This document shows positions 1 to 10,527 of a DNA stretch of 64,000 nucleotides, piece by piece. The position numbers and the translations under genes were made by a program. Numbering within the stretch: the first letter of the stretch is position 1; each line of letters opens with the position of its first letter. Source of the DNA: Crocinitomicaceae bacterium. GTDB taxonomy: Bacteria; Pseudomonadota; Gammaproteobacteria; Pseudomonadales; Oceanobacteraceae. The notes under the pieces were generated by a model, which searched no databases, was not told the DNA's origin, and saw nothing but the letters and a program-made list of their open reading frames with translations. The stretch spans positions 24,178 through 88,177 of the forward strand of contig JBLHVV010000001.1 of assembly GCA_047628755.1 (NCBI GenBank), written 5' to 3'.

Positions 1-247
1 CGAGGCCTTTACCAAATTCTTCCATCACAACCATAAGGTCGGCAGCACTGCCACCAAGGCCGCCATCATCTTCAGTAAAGGGAACCATTAACCAGCCAAG
101 TTCAGCAAATAGTTTCCAATGATCGGCACTGAACCCTAATTCACTTTTAACTAATTTTGCTCGGTCGTAAAAGTCGTAATCGTTTTGCACAAAGCGCGTA
201 ATGCTGTCTTGGAGCATTTGTTGCTCGTCAGATAAAGAAAAATCCAT
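1..247 (-). CDS. Acyl-CoA dehydrogenase family protein (PimD-like small subunit), 5' part only; runs off window start
   Basis: Read manually from ATG at 247: MDFSLSDEQQMLQDSITRFVQNDYDF...WKLFAELGWLMVPFTEDDGGLGGS...EEFGKGL, a typical ACAD N-terminus; follows another ACAD gene. Confidence 0.85.
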   Translation of the reverse strand, partial: MDFSLSDEQQMLQDSITRFVQNDYDFYDRAKLVKSELGFSADHWKLFAELGWLMVPFTEDDGGLGGSAADLMVVMEEFGKGL

Positions 248-321
248 AGTGTTCTCCAAATTGACCCTAAATACCAATGGGTCGTTAAAAATGGTCATTG
301 TTATAGCTTGGTTATTTAACG

Positions 322-1521
322 CTATAAACCCAATACAGCTTTGCAAATAATGTTCTTTTGTACTTCGTTACTGCCGCCATAAATAGTGGTCTTACGGTGA
401 TTGAAATAAAGTGGTGCGCTGTTAGCGGCAGATTTAGGACCAACTTGTCGGCCTGAAAACTCAGGGTCAAATTGTTCAGTTACAAATGGCACCGCGTAAT
501 AACCTGCTACTTCCATCTTTAATTCATCAATAGCCTGATAAATTTCTGTGCCTTTGATTTTCAAAATGGATGATTCTGGACCAGGAGCCTTGCCGGTGCT
601 GATAGCCGATAGAGTTCTTAACTCAGTATATTCCAGGGCTAGAAGATCAATTTCTATTTCAGCTACTTTGTGAGCAAAAATTGGATTGTCCATAAGGCTG
701 GTGCCAAAGTCGTTAGTGTCAGATGCCAGTAATTTAATTTTTTTAAGGACATCCTTACTTTTTGCTACCCCAGCAATACCAGTACGTTCATGAGTTAATA
801 GGACTTTTGCATAGGTCCAGCCTTGGTTTTCTTCGCCAATTCGGTTTGCCTTTGGAACACGAACATTTTCAAAATGGACTTCGTTTACTTCACGGCGTTC
901 ATCTAACATATAGATAGGAGAAACGGAGATACCAGGTGATGTCATATCGATTAAAACAAAGCTGATGGCTTGCTGGTTTTTAACCTCGGGAGCGCCTGTA
1001 CGCACTAAGCAAAAAATCCAATCAGCAAATTGACCCAATGTGGTCCATGTTTTGGTACCATTTATTATGTAGTCTTCGCCATCAGATATGGCAGTAGTTT
1101 TTAAGGACGCTAAGTCAGAGCCTGCATTAGGCTCAGAATAGCCCTGACACCACCAAGTGTCGCTGTTCAGTATGCTGGGTAAAAATGTTTGTTTTTGCAG
1201 GTCTGTGCCATAAGTATAAATTACAGGGGCTACCATACCTAAACCAAACGGGACTATTGCTGGAGCGCCAGCAACGGCACATTCGTTACCCCAGATGTAT
1301 TTTTGAGTAGAGGTCCAACCTGTTCCACCATGCTCAACAGGCCAGTTAATAGCGGCCCATCCCTTATCGGCTAAAATTTTCTGCCAAACGATAAAGTCTT
1401 CTTTGTCCATATGAAGATCATTTTTTACTTTATGCGCCATATCTTTGGGCAATTTAGTATTAAGAAAATCACGGACTTCTTGCTGAAAGTTAAGTTCTGA
1501 TTCTGAAAAATTCACGTTCAT
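322..1521 (-). CDS. Acyl-CoA dehydrogenase (PimC-like large subunit)
   Basis: WCQGYSEPNAGSDLASL, NGTKTWTT, IYGGSNEVQKNII motifs; likely start MNVNFSESE at 1521 (ORF track extends to 1557). Confidence 0.9.
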   Translation of the reverse strand: MNVNFSESELNFQQEVRDFLNTKLPKDMAHKVKNDLHMDKEDFIVWQKILADKGWAAINWPVEHGGTGWTSTQKYIWGNECAVAGAPAIVPFGLGMVAPVIYTYGTDLQKQTFLPSILNSDTWWCQGYSEPNAGSDLASLKTTAISDGEDYIINGTKTWTTLGQFADWIFCLVRTGAPEVKNQQAISFVLIDMTSPGISVSPIYMLDERREVNEVHFENVRVPKANRIGEENQGWTYAKVLLTHERTGIAGVAKSKDVLKKIKLLASDTNDFGTSLMDNPIFAHKVAEIEIDLLALEYTELRTLSAISTGKAPGPESSILKIKGTEIYQAIDELKMEVAGYYAVPFVTEQFDPEFSGRQVGPKSAANSAPLYFNHRKTTIYGGSNEVQKNIICKAVLGL

Positions 1522-1675
1522 GTTTGTTGTTCCCACTGACTGAAATCTAAACATCATTTAATGTTGTAAATACTGTATCAGTCATAAGAAAGGTTAAACA
1601 TGACATCAAGGGTCAAGTTTAATAACAACATCTGCAAACAAAGATTAATGGATTGATGGGTAATCAAAAGGTTTG

Positions 1676-2419
1676 TCACAGTGCTTGCCATAGCATGTCG
1701 AACATCATCTGCTGGGTCCCAGCAATGGCATCACTATCAATTACAACCACAACAGGATAATTGTTATCGGCTAAGCTAATCATGGCCACTTTGGGAGGAT
1801 AAATGGCTATATATGAAGCATTGCCCTGACCTTTCATCCACTTACGTTCAGCCAGTTCAGCCTCTTCACCGCCATCACCAATAGCGATTACCTGCACATG
1901 GATATTCTTAGCTACCCTTTGTTTGGTAAAAGTCGGAAAAGGGCGATAAAGGTGCTCACGTAAAGCTTGTGTTGAAATAACAGAGTACTGCTTTTTACTG
2001 GATCGGTCGACGCTGTTCAAAATATCCCGTAATACCAGTTCCACGCCATCATCGCCTTCATAGAAACGCACATTACCAGCTACCAAGTCTGTTTTTAAAT
2101 GTTTAAGACCTGGGATAATGTCCGACTTCAACTCCAATAAGGTATGTTCTAGTGCTTGGCGCTTTTCTTCCGCTAAATCTAATAATCGATCCGGATCTTC
2201 AGCTTGAAATACACGACGCTTTCCTTTTGGTAAATAATTGACAATTCCTTTGCTCACTAAAACCTTTAGAGTCTCGTATGTAGAGCCTCTATTTATATTG
2301 GCTTTTTCAGCCAAGTCCCTTATTGAAGCGGGCCCTAGTACTAATAAAGCATGATAAATGGCTATTTCTCGATCAGTAAGACCGAGCTGAGTTAACGCAG
2401 ATAAATTCATTGTTGTCAT
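1676..2419 (-). CDS. TrmB-family transcriptional regulator
   Basis: LGLTDREIAIYHALL...INRGSTYETLKVLVSKGIV...FQAEDP wHTH plus C-terminal VRFYEG effector domain; start at 2419 or 2410. Confidence 0.8.
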   Translation of the reverse strand: MTTMNLSALTQLGLTDREIAIYHALLVLGPASIRDLAEKANINRGSTYETLKVLVSKGIVNYLPKGKRRVFQAEDPDRLLDLAEEKRQALEHTLLELKSDIIPGLKHLKTDLVAGNVRFYEGDDGVELVLRDILNSVDRSSKKQYSVISTQALREHLYRPFPTFTKQRVAKNIHVQVIAIGDGGEEAELAERKWMKGQGNASYIAIYPPKVAMISLADNNYPVVVVIDSDAIAGTQQMMFDMLWQAL

Positions 2420-2433
2420 TATTTTTGTGACAA
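2413..2433. promoter_or_regulatory. Inverted repeat TTGTCA-N9-TGACAA, candidate operator of the TrmB-family regulator
   Basis: ttgtca ttatttttg tgacaa at the regulator start, in the divergent region shared with glmU. Confidence 0.45.
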
Positions 2434-2596
2434 AGTAGATTGTAAATCGTACCAATTTAAATAGACTGTGCAACCTAATTTTACTGTTAGTAAACAATTG
2501 AAACAGTAAGTCCAAAAAGAGTGGTTCGGGTTTGTTTAAATTAATAACGATAAAGATCAAACTTGCTAGCCACCGAATAGAAGTGAAATAGTTAAC

Positions 2597-3970
2597 ATGA
2601 ATATTGAAGTTGTTGTATTAGCCGCGGGCCAGGGTTCGCGCATGAAATCAGACCTGCCTAAAGTTTTACACCCAATAGCAGCCAAACCAATGCTGGCACA
2701 TGTTTTAGATGCGGCTCGTATTGTTAACCCACAAGCATTACATGTGGTCATAGGACACGGTGCTGACCTTGTAAAAAGTACATTTTCAGGTGCAGACGAT
2801 ATTCAATGGGCAATTCAAGCGGAACAACATGGGACAGGTCATGCGGTAAAAATGGCACTGCCGAACTTAAAAGCTAACGGCGTGACATTGATTTTATACG
2901 GAGACGTTCCATTAATTCAAGGCAATACACTTCAAGCTTTGGTGGACATTGCTAAAAATAACTTAACAGGCTTATTAACCGTAAATATGTCGGATCCAAC
3001 AGGTTATGGACGAATCGTGCGGGACACAAATAACATTGTTAAAGCCATCGTAGAGCACAAAGACGCAAACGCATCTGAACTGGCCATTACCGAAGTAAAT
3101 ACCGGAATCCTGTCTGTTCCAACAGAAAAGTTACACCAATGGTTACCTGAGCTTTCAAATAATAATGCTCAAGGTGAATACTATTTAACGGATGTGATTG
3201 CCATGTCAGCGAATGCAGGAATTGCTGTTGAAACGTTACAGCCGGAATTTGCGGAAGAAACTTACGGGGTCAATAATCGCGCTCAGCAAGCCCACCTAGA
3301 GCGTTGGTATCAAAAACGTTTAGTTAACGAGTTAATGGTAAAAGGTGTAACTATTTTAGATCCAGCCCGTTTAGATATTCGCTGTAATAGTATAGACAAT
3401 ATTAAAGTAGGTCGTGATGTAGTAATCGATGCCAACGTAATATTAGAAGGTAATATTGTTTTAGGTGACGGCGTAACAATTGAAGCTAACTGCATTATTA
3501 AAAATACCTCATTGGCAGCGGGTACCCAAGTAAAAGCATTCAGTCATTTGGAAGATGCGTTAGTAAAGGAAGGCTGCGACATTGGCCCTTATGCACGTTT
3601 ACGCCCTGGCGCTCAATTAGAAAACGGCGCTAAAGTTGGTAACTTTTGTGAAGTGAAAAAATCAATCATCGGTGAAAACTCTAAAGTTAATCATCTGACT
3701 TATATTGGTGATGCAATCATTGGGAAAGGCGCCAACATTGGCGCGGGCACTATAACCTGTAATTACGATGGCGTTAACAAATTCAAAACTGAAATTGGCG
3801 ATGGTGCATTTATAGGTTCAAATTCGTCTTTAGTAGCACCGGTAAAAATTGGCAAAGGCGCCACTGTCGCAGCGGGTTCAACGATTACAAAAGAAGTTGA
3901 AGTCGATCAATTGGCCATTGCTCGTGGAAAACAAAAGAATCTTAGCTGGACACGTCCTGTTAAAAAGTAG
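2597..3970 (+). CDS. glmU: Bifunctional UDP-GlcNAc pyrophosphorylase / glucosamine-1-P N-acetyltransferase
   Basis: LAAGQGSRMKSDLPKVLH, GEYYLTD, hexapeptide repeats, GTITCNYDG. Confidence 0.98.
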   Translation: MNIEVVVLAAGQGSRMKSDLPKVLHPIAAKPMLAHVLDAARIVNPQALHVVIGHGADLVKSTFSGADDIQWAIQAEQHGTGHAVKMALPNLKANGVTLILYGDVPLIQGNTLQALVDIAKNNLTGLLTVNMSDPTGYGRIVRDTNNIVKAIVEHKDANASELAITEVNTGILSVPTEKLHQWLPELSNNNAQGEYYLTDVIAMSANAGIAVETLQPEFAEETYGVNNRAQQAHLERWYQKRLVNELMVKGVTILDPARLDIRCNSIDNIKVGRDVVIDANVILEGNIVLGDGVTIEANCIIKNTSLAAGTQVKAFSHLEDALVKEGCDIGPYARLRPGAQLENGAKVGNFCEVKKSIIGENSKVNHLTYIGDAIIGKGANIGAGTITCNYDGVNKFKTEIGDGAFIGSNSSLVAPVKIGKGATVAAGSTITKEVEVDQLAIARGKQKNLSWTRPVKK

Positions 3971-4121
3971 ATTTGAGAGTAACGGTGGGAAGGCGTTTCC
4001 TTACCAATGTTAATTATTATAGAAATGAATAATTGAAGTTTATTTATACCGATGACTTCAGCTAACAATATTAAACCGCTGGCACAGAAGCCTGCGTACC
4101 GAATAAAAAGGAATAGACAGT

Positions 4122-5954
4122 ATGTGTGGAATAGTTGGTGGTATTGCTCATCGTGATGTGAATGAAATACTATTAGAAGGCTTACGTCGACTTGAGTATC
4201 GAGGATACGACAGTGCCGGTTTAGCCGTGCTTACCGATGCGGGCATAATTGAACGCTGCCGTCGCATGGGCAAAGTAAAAGAACTTGAAGAAGGATTAAA
4301 AGTCAATCTGTTCTCAGGTAAAATAGGTATTGCTCACACTCGATGGGCTACTCATGGCAAGCCGTCTCAGGATAACTCTCATCCGCATATGTCTGGAGAG
4401 CGTTTAGTCATTGTGCATAACGGCATTATTGAAAATCACGAAGACCTTCGAGAAGAGCTTCAAGCAGCTGGTTACCAATTTAATTCTCAAACCGATACTG
4501 AAGTAATTGCTCACTTACTGCATCAAAATTTGCAAAAAATATCATCACTAACCGACGCGGTTAAAGAAACTATTACTCGTTTAGACGGTGCTTATGCATT
4601 GGGCGTAATCAGTGCTGATCACCCTGGTATATTAGTGGCTGCTCGGCAAGGATCACCACTAGTGATTGGCGTAGGTATTGGCGAACACTTCATTGCGTCT
4701 GACCAGTTAGCATTATTACAAGTTACCGATCGCTTTATCTTTCTAGATGAAGGGGACGTAGCAGAATTAACAACTGACCATGTTCATATTTGGGATGCAG
4801 ACAACTCAGAAGTGGTACATGAAATAAATGTTTTTGAACATAAGATGGATGCCGCCGATAAAGGTGAGTTCCGTCATTACATGATGAAGGAAATTTACGA
4901 ACAGCCAGATGTTGTTCGTAACTGCTTAGAAGGCCGAATTAATAAAACACGTTTGTTAGAGCAAGCGTTTGGAATTAAAGCAAAAGAAGTATTCGATAAA
5001 ACCCAAGCGGTACAAATCATTGCATGCGGGACATCTTATCATTCAGGTATGGTGGCTAAGTACTGGATCGAGAGCCTTGTGGGTATTCCTTGTCAAGTTG
5101 AGGTAGCCAGTGAGTATCGTTACCGCAAAACAGTTGCGTTACCTAACAGTTTATTTATCACTATCTCGCAGTCAGGTGAGACAGCCGATACTTTAGCGGC
5201 GTTGCGCAAAGCAAAAGAAATTGGTTTTACTGCCAGTTTAAGTATTTGCAATGTACCTGGTTCATCATTGGTCAGGGAATCAGATCTAGCAATTATGACC
5301 AATGCAGGACCTGAAATTGGTGTTGCATCTACAAAAGCATTTACCTCCCAGTTAGTTGTTTTAATGATGCTGACTATCGCTCTTGGTCGTCGTCATGGGA
5401 TGGTGCCCCAGGTAGAAGAAGCAATTGTTGCCGACTTAACAAAAATGCCAGACTTAATTGAAAAAGCCATCGCCATGGATAAAGACATTGAGTTATTAGC
5501 CCAAGACTTTGCAGATAAACACAATGGCTTATTTTTAGGTCGTGGTGCCATGTACCCTATTGCGATGGAAGGGGCATTAAAATTAAAAGAAATATCGTAT
5601 ATCCATGCTGAAGCTTATCCAGCAGGGGAATTAAAGCATGGTCCATTGGCTTTGGTTGATAAAGACACGCCCATTATTACCGTGGCGCCAAATAACGATT
5701 TACTTGATAAGTTAAAGTCTAACTTAGAAGAAGTCCGCGCTCGTGGCGGTGAGTTGTTTGTATTTGCTGATGAAAAAGCAAAAGTAAAAATTCAAGATAA
5801 TTTAAAAGTTTTAAATATGCCTTCTTGCAGTGATTTAATGGAACCTATCTTATACATTATTCCATTACAGTTACTTAGCTATCACGTAGCAGTTCTTAAG
5901 GGGACTGATGTAGATCAGCCTCGTAACCTAGCAAAGTCGGTGACAGTTGAATAA
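4122..5954 (+). CDS. glmS: Glutamine--fructose-6-phosphate aminotransferase
   Basis: MCGIVG N-terminus, [18 protein letters not shown]-terminal [12 protein letters not shown]. Confidence 0.99.
   Translation: MCGIVGGIAHRDVNEILLEGLRRLEYRGYDSAGLAVLTDAGIIERCRRMGKVKELEEGLKVNLFSGKIGIAHTRWATHGKPSQDNSHPHMSGERLVIVHNGIIENHEDLREELQAAGYQFNSQTDTEVIAHLLHQNLQKISSLTDAVKETITRLDGAYALGVISADHPGILVAARQGSPLVIGVGIGEHFIASDQLALLQVTDRFIFLDEGDVAELTTDHVHIWDADNSEVVHEINVFEHKMDAADKGEFRHYMMKEIYEQPDVVRNCLEGRINKTRLLEQAFGIKAKEVFDKTQAVQIIACGTSYHSGMVAKYWIESLVGIPCQVEVASEYRYRKTVALPNSLFITISQSGETADTLAALRKAKEIGFTASLSICNVPGSSLVRESDLAIMTNAGPEIGVASTKAFTSQLVVLMMLTIALGRRHGMVPQVEEAIVADLTKMPDLIEKAIAMDKDIELLAQDFADKHNGLFLGRGAMYPIAMEGALKLKEISYIHAEAYPAGELKHGPLALVDKDTPIITVAPNNDLLDKLKSNLEEVRARGGELFVFADEKAKVKIQDNLKVLNMPSCSDLMEPILYIIPLQLLSYHVAVLKGTDVDQPRNLAKSVTVE
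5919..5954 (+). other. attTn7 TnsD-recognition sequence (3' end of glmS), apparently unoccupied
   Basis: Last 36 nt of glmS encode [11 protein letters not shown]; no tns genes or Tn7 end visible downstream. Confidence 0.6.
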
Positions 5955-5997
5955 ATAATATCCAAACTTAGAGCCACTTAATAAAACTTTAATTTTA

Positions 5998-6013
5998 TGG
6001 CATGATAATGCCA
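5998..6013. promoter_or_regulatory. Palindrome TGGCAT-N4-ATGCCA, candidate TetR autoregulatory operator
   Basis: tggcat gata atgcca 25 nt upstream of TetR start, overlapping a GATAAT -10-like hexamer. Confidence 0.45.
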
Positions 6014-6038
6014 ATATCTATTTTTTCAAGTAAAAATA

Positions 6039-6629
6039 ATGGCCTATTTAGAAGTAAAAAAAGAATTAGACGGGCGTAAACAACGCACTAATAGTAGTCG
6101 TCAAAAAATAGTTGAAGCTATGCTGGAACTTATTCGTGAAGGCGCGTTAGAGCCTAAGGCAGAGCAAGTAGCGGTGAAAGCGGGTGTTGGTTTGCGTACT
6201 GTATTTAGGCGCTTTAACGAAATGGAATTATTGTTTCGAGAGCTATCAGTAGAAATTCAGCGTATTTTTATGCCTGAACTTGAAAAACCAATAGAGGGGA
6301 TCATTTGGCAAGAAAAAGTATTAGACCTGCTAGAACGTAAAGTTTCTATTTATCAGATGATTGCCCCATATCGTGTGGCGGCAAAATTTCATAAACATAC
6401 ATCCGAATTTATTCGACAAGATATAGCGTATTGGAACAAGCTGGAAAAAAAGGTACTAAAAGATATTTTACCGATTAATGAGGCCACTGATTTAACAATA
6501 TTCAACGCCATTAATGGCTGTATGAGCTTTGACTATTGGCTGACCCTAACCACAGCTCAAGGGCTAACCAGTGAAGAAGCCACCGATACAATAAAAGTAA
6601 CGGTGAAAACTTTAATCGCTGATTTGTAA
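6039..6629 (+). CDS. TetR/AcrR-family transcriptional regulator
   Basis: RQKIVEAMLELIREG...QVAVKAGVGLRTVFRRF HTH. Confidence 0.9.
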   Translation: MAYLEVKKELDGRKQRTNSSRQKIVEAMLELIREGALEPKAEQVAVKAGVGLRTVFRRFNEMELLFRELSVEIQRIFMPELEKPIEGIIWQEKVLDLLERKVSIYQMIAPYRVAAKFHKHTSEFIRQDIAYWNKLEKKVLKDILPINEATDLTIFNAINGCMSFDYWLTLTTAQGLTSEEATDTIKVTVKTLIADL

Positions 6630-6642
6630 TCGAGTGAATATT

Positions 6643-7326
6643 TTAAAGTTCAAATTCTGTGCGGTAACTGAATAGTTTTTCGCGTAAACCCTGTTTTATC
6701 GTTGTGTAAGTGACTCTATTTTTACTTTTTAATGTTTTTGCCAATTCAAACGCTTTATCTTGTAGTTCTTCAAGTGGGTATAAATAATCAACCAGTCCAG
6801 CGGCTAAACATTCAGCACCAGTTTTAGGTGTGCCCAACAGCATCATCTCCTTTAGCGCTTGCTGGTTATAATATAAATCTAAAACTGTATGCATTTTCGG
6901 GCGAAATGGAATGTTAATGTTTACTTCTGGAAAGCAGTAACGCCCGCGGTCGGCTCGCATTACCCTAAAGTCACCACACGCTGCCAATATTGCACCACCC
7001 GCGTAAGTGTTGCCGTTCATACAAATAACTGTTGGAGCATTTAAAGTAGCTAGCGCCACGTATACTTTGTCTATGGTTTCAGGAAATGCATCTTTTTCTT
7101 GCTGGGTTGATGTACCCATAAACCAATTCAAATTAATGCCATTAGAAAAAGTTTTTTCACCTACGCACGTTATCAGTAATGATGTATTACCCTTATAGCT
7201 TGCAACCTGTTCAAATGCCGCTAAATATTCATGCAGAACCTCTAAAGTAAAAGTATTTTCTTTTTCGTTGTTAGTGAGCGTTAATACGTGAACGCCTTCT
7301 TTTAGCTGTAACGTCATGGTAGACAT
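6643..7326 (-). CDS. Enoyl-CoA hydratase/isomerase family protein
   Basis: FSNGINL, NGNTYAGGAILA, DFRVM, FPEVNI crotonase motifs. Confidence 0.9.
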   Translation of the reverse strand: MSTMTLQLKEGVHVLTLTNNEKENTFTLEVLHEYLAAFEQVASYKGNTSLLITCVGEKTFSNGINLNWFMGTSTQQEKDAFPETIDKVYVALATLNAPTVICMNGNTYAGGAILAACGDFRVMRADRGRYCFPEVNINIPFRPKMHTVLDLYYNQQALKEMMLLGTPKTGAECLAAGLVDYLYPLEELQDKAFELAKTLKSKNRVTYTTIKQGLREKLFSYRTEFEL

Positions 7327-7413
7327 GATAATACCTGTTCTTATTGCGCTATTTAATAGGTCACATTGTATCGCAACCGAGTGAGTAAATTCATGTTAAA
7401 TAACAGCTGGCGC

Positions 7414-7445
7414 TTGACACTAGAGTTAACTCTAAGGTTTATACT
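7414..7445 (+). promoter_or_regulatory. MerR/ZntR-type sigma70 promoter with operator in a 20-bp spacer
   Basis: TTGACA (7414-7419), 20-bp spacer holding perfect palindrome TAGAGTTAACTCTA (7421-7434), TATACT (7440-7445). Confidence 0.85.
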
Positions 7446-7471
7446 TATATGATTAACCTCAGGAGATTTTC

Positions 7472-7885
7472 ATGAAAATAGGTGAATTGGCGAAAGAATC
7501 AGGCTTATCGGCTCATACTATTCGATTTTATGAAAAGCAGGGGCTTATTCAGGCATTAAAACGCAGTGAGAGCAATTACCGTATATATAATAATCAAAGC
7601 TTGGACACGGCGCGCTTTATTAAACGAAGTCGACATATTGGGTTTAGTTTAAACAATATTGCTGTTTTTTTATCAATACGTGCCGATAAATCAGCGCATA
7701 TTTGCTCTGAAGCAAAAACACTAGCAGATAACAAAATTAATGAGGTAGAGCATAAAATAGCAGAGCTAAAACAAGTGCTTGCAGCACTCCATAAGCTAAG
7801 CGATGCCTGTTGTGGTGGGACAGAAAGTGCAGAGTTTTGCAGCATTATTGACACATTAGAAAACAACAATGAGGTAGCCTCGTGA
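7472..7885 (+). CDS. zntR: Zn(II)-responsive MerR-family regulator
   Basis: MKIGELAK..TIRFYEK HTH; Cys pattern HICS...ACCGG...FCSII. Confidence 0.85.
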   Translation: MKIGELAKESGLSAHTIRFYEKQGLIQALKRSESNYRIYNNQSLDTARFIKRSRHIGFSLNNIAVFLSIRADKSAHICSEAKTLADNKINEVEHKIAELKQVLAALHKLSDACCGGTESAEFCSIIDTLENNNEVAS

Positions 7886-8952
7886 ATGATATTTTAATGA
7901 ATTTTATAGATTTGTTTACTGAATCTGCGCCCTTTCTTTTAATGGGCTTGTTATTAGCAGGTATGATTCGTCTACTTATTCCAGACAAGTGGATTAATAA
8001 AGTACTAGGTAAAGACAGTTCTGTGGTGACAGCAGCGATAATAGGCACCCCTTTACCACTTTGTTCATGTTCGGTGATCCCTGCGGCAATAGGCATTCGG
8101 CGTGCCGGAGCCAGCAAGGCAAGTACAGCCAGTTTCATGGTTGCTACACCAGAAACAGGCGTCGATTCAATCGGCGTTACCTTCGCACTTATGGGGCCTA
8201 TTATGGCTGTTGCCAGGCCGGTTGCTGCCATAACGTCAGCGATTGTAGCAGGTACGCTAGTGCGCTTGTGGGATGTTGAAACCCCACCCAAGCAAGAGCC
8301 AGTAACGTCATGCTGTCATAGCGACTCTGAGAGTAAAGACAGCAATGAAGTCATTGAACAAGAAAGTTGGGTGGCGAAAACTAAAGCTGTTGTTCAGTAT
8401 GGCTATGGACAGCTATTGGGCGATTTCATGAGTTGGTTATTGGTTGGATTGTTCTTTGCCGCTCTAATACAGACCTTTGTGCCAGCCAGTTTTTTAACCG
8501 AATACGGCAGTGGTGTATTTGCCATGATGGTTATCGTCTTAATATCAATTCCCATGTATATTTGTGCCACTGCGTCTACACCTATTGCAGCGGGTATGAT
8601 GCTTTCGGGTATATCACCGGGTGCCGCTTTGGTATTCATGCTGGCTGGGCCTGCTACAAACATAGCCACATTGATGGTGGTAAAAAATGAATTAGGTATT
8701 CGATCCCTAATGGGGTACTTAACTGGCTTGGTGACTACTGCCGTTATCATGGGCTTGGGCTTTGATTGGATGCTGAACGCTTACGACATTAATATCGCAG
8801 TCACTATGGGTGACCATGGTGAAATGACATCAACTTTATACTCAATATCAGCGGTAATTTTAGCGGCACTGATTATTGTGCAATACAGTAAAAAATTAAC
8901 GGTCTATTATCAGTCCTCTAAGTTGAAAAAACGATTGTTTGGAAATAAATGA
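7882..8952 (+). CDS. SO_0444-family / DUF318 metal efflux permease
   Basis: PLPLCSCSVIP, ATPETGVDS, PMYICATASTP, GPATN motifs; start overlaps zntR stop. Confidence 0.85.
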   Translation: MNDILMNFIDLFTESAPFLLMGLLLAGMIRLLIPDKWINKVLGKDSSVVTAAIIGTPLPLCSCSVIPAAIGIRRAGASKASTASFMVATPETGVDSIGVTFALMGPIMAVARPVAAITSAIVAGTLVRLWDVETPPKQEPVTSCCHSDSESKDSNEVIEQESWVAKTKAVVQYGYGQLLGDFMSWLLVGLFFAALIQTFVPASFLTEYGSGVFAMMVIVLISIPMYICATASTPIAAGMMLSGISPGAALVFMLAGPATNIATLMVVKNELGIRSLMGYLTGLVTTAVIMGLGFDWMLNAYDINIAVTMGDHGEMTSTLYSISAVILAALIIVQYSKKLTVYYQSSKLKKRLFGNK

Positions 8953-9455
8953 AACTACAAAATATTAATAAAGAAAGATACACCAAACATCTTAACATCG
9001 TCATTGTCGCTCTGATAATAAGCTTGATGGTACTCGCTATCTCATTCGGTCAGATAATCATTAGTTTGTTATCAGATGGAACGGGCAGTCATTTTGTTTA
9101 TAACCTGGCAGGAGTCGCCTTTGCAGCAGCTGTTTGCTTAAAGGTAGTTCATAGCTTTCGGTACCATGAATTTATGTCAGAGGTCTATTACGTATGGCGA
9201 TTGAAGCAAATTCTTAATGCCATTTATCGTAAGTTGACAAAAATTAAAAAAGCCAGAGATGAGGGCGACATTAGTGCTTTTATTATATTGAATTATTACT
9301 ATCAGGCGAGCGAGCAATTACTCACTCTAGATAATAATACCATTACCATGGACTCTTTAAAAACGGATCAAGACACGTTACAAAGCTTGATACAATCCAG
9401 CAACCTTAAAATACAAATCGAGGATTACCATACTGAATTATTGAACGCTTTTTAA
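8949..9455 (+). CDS. DUF3087-like membrane protein
   Basis: Two N-terminal TM helices, FMSEVYYVWRLKQ and LDNNTITM motifs; start overlaps permease stop. Confidence 0.7.
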   Translation: MKLQNINKERYTKHLNIVIVALIISLMVLAISFGQIIISLLSDGTGSHFVYNLAGVAFAAAVCLKVVHSFRYHEFMSEVYYVWRLKQILNAIYRKLTKIKKARDEGDISAFIILNYYYQASEQLLTLDNNTITMDSLKTDQDTLQSLIQSSNLKIQIEDYHTELLNAF

Positions 9456-9619
9456 TGTGTCTAATTGTGTTTAGGACTCATCAGAGCCATATGATGTTCA
9501 GGCTTTGTAATGACTCCTATTTGCAACACTGTTATCCACTTGCATTGTGGGCTATTCATCTCCATATAAACCGTCTACATTGACCCAAGCAATATTTTAG
9601 AAGCTAACCTTACCAAGGA

Positions 9620-10465
9620 ATGATTATGTCTGACCCAATTTACACTCCGCCAAAAGTCTGGAAATGGGAAGAGGGCAATGGTGGTAAATTTGCCAATATT
9701 AATCGCCCAATTGCAGGTGCCACTCGTGATAAAGTTTTACCTGTAGGTGAACATCCCTTCCAGTTGTATTCATTGGCTACGCCTAACGGTGTAAAAGTAA
9801 CCGTGATGTTTGAAGAGCTGGTTGAACTAGGGATAAAAGAAGCTGAGTACGACGCTTACACAATTAACATTATGGAAGGGGATCAGTTTGGTAGTGAGTT
9901 TGTAGATATTAACCCTAACTCAAAAATTCCAGCTTTGTCAGATACAAGCACAACACCGCCAACCCGTATTTTTGAATCGGGGGCGATTCTTGTTTATTTA
10001 GCTGAAAAATTTAATGTGTTTTTACCTACCGAACCTGCCCAGCGTGCAGAGGTGATGTCTTGGTTGTTTTGGCAAATGGGTGCAACCCCAATGTTAGGCG
10101 GAGGCTTTGGGCATTTTTACGCTTATGCTCCAGAAAAGTATCAATATCCAATTGATCGCTACACAATGGAAATCAAACGTCAGCTAGATGTATTAGACAA
10201 GCAGCTGGCTAATCATCAATTTATTGCCGGCGACGAATACACCATTGCGGATATGGCAATTTGGCCTTGGTATGGTGCTTTAGTTAAGAATGAGGTGTAT
10301 GAGGCAGCTGAATTTATTGAAGCCCACACTTATAAAAATGTGATTCGCTGGACTGATGAAATCGCACAACGTCCAGCAGTTAAAAGAGGCCGTATTGTTA
10401 ATAAAAGCTGGGGTCAGCCAGAACAGCAATTAATGGAACGTCATAGCGCCGCAGATTTTGACTAG
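9620..10465 (+). CDS. yghU: Glutathione-dependent disulfide-bond oxidoreductase (GST nu class)
   Basis: YTPPKVWKW, FANINRPIAGA, LYSLATPNGVKV, INPNSKIPAL. Confidence 0.92.
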   Translation: MIMSDPIYTPPKVWKWEEGNGGKFANINRPIAGATRDKVLPVGEHPFQLYSLATPNGVKVTVMFEELVELGIKEAEYDAYTINIMEGDQFGSEFVDINPNSKIPALSDTSTTPPTRIFESGAILVYLAEKFNVFLPTEPAQRAEVMSWLFWQMGATPMLGGGFGHFYAYAPEKYQYPIDRYTMEIKRQLDVLDKQLANHQFIAGDEYTIADMAIWPWYGALVKNEVYEAAEFIEAHTYKNVIRWTDEIAQRPAVKRGRIVNKSWGQPEQQLMERHSAADFD

Positions 10466-10527
10466 TCTAAAGTCCGGAATTTAATGGCTAAATAATTTAA
10501 TAAAAATAAATGTGTTATTAGTAGAGT

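Noticed and set aside
3971-4121. glmS ribozyme or GlmZ-type element in the glmU-glmS spacer
   Set aside because: No recognisable ribozyme core or convincing SD-sequestering hairpin
9532-9567. DnaA box and sigma32-like promoter upstream of yghU
   Set aside because: A single mismatched DnaA box and a weak promoter match with atypical spacing; expected by chance
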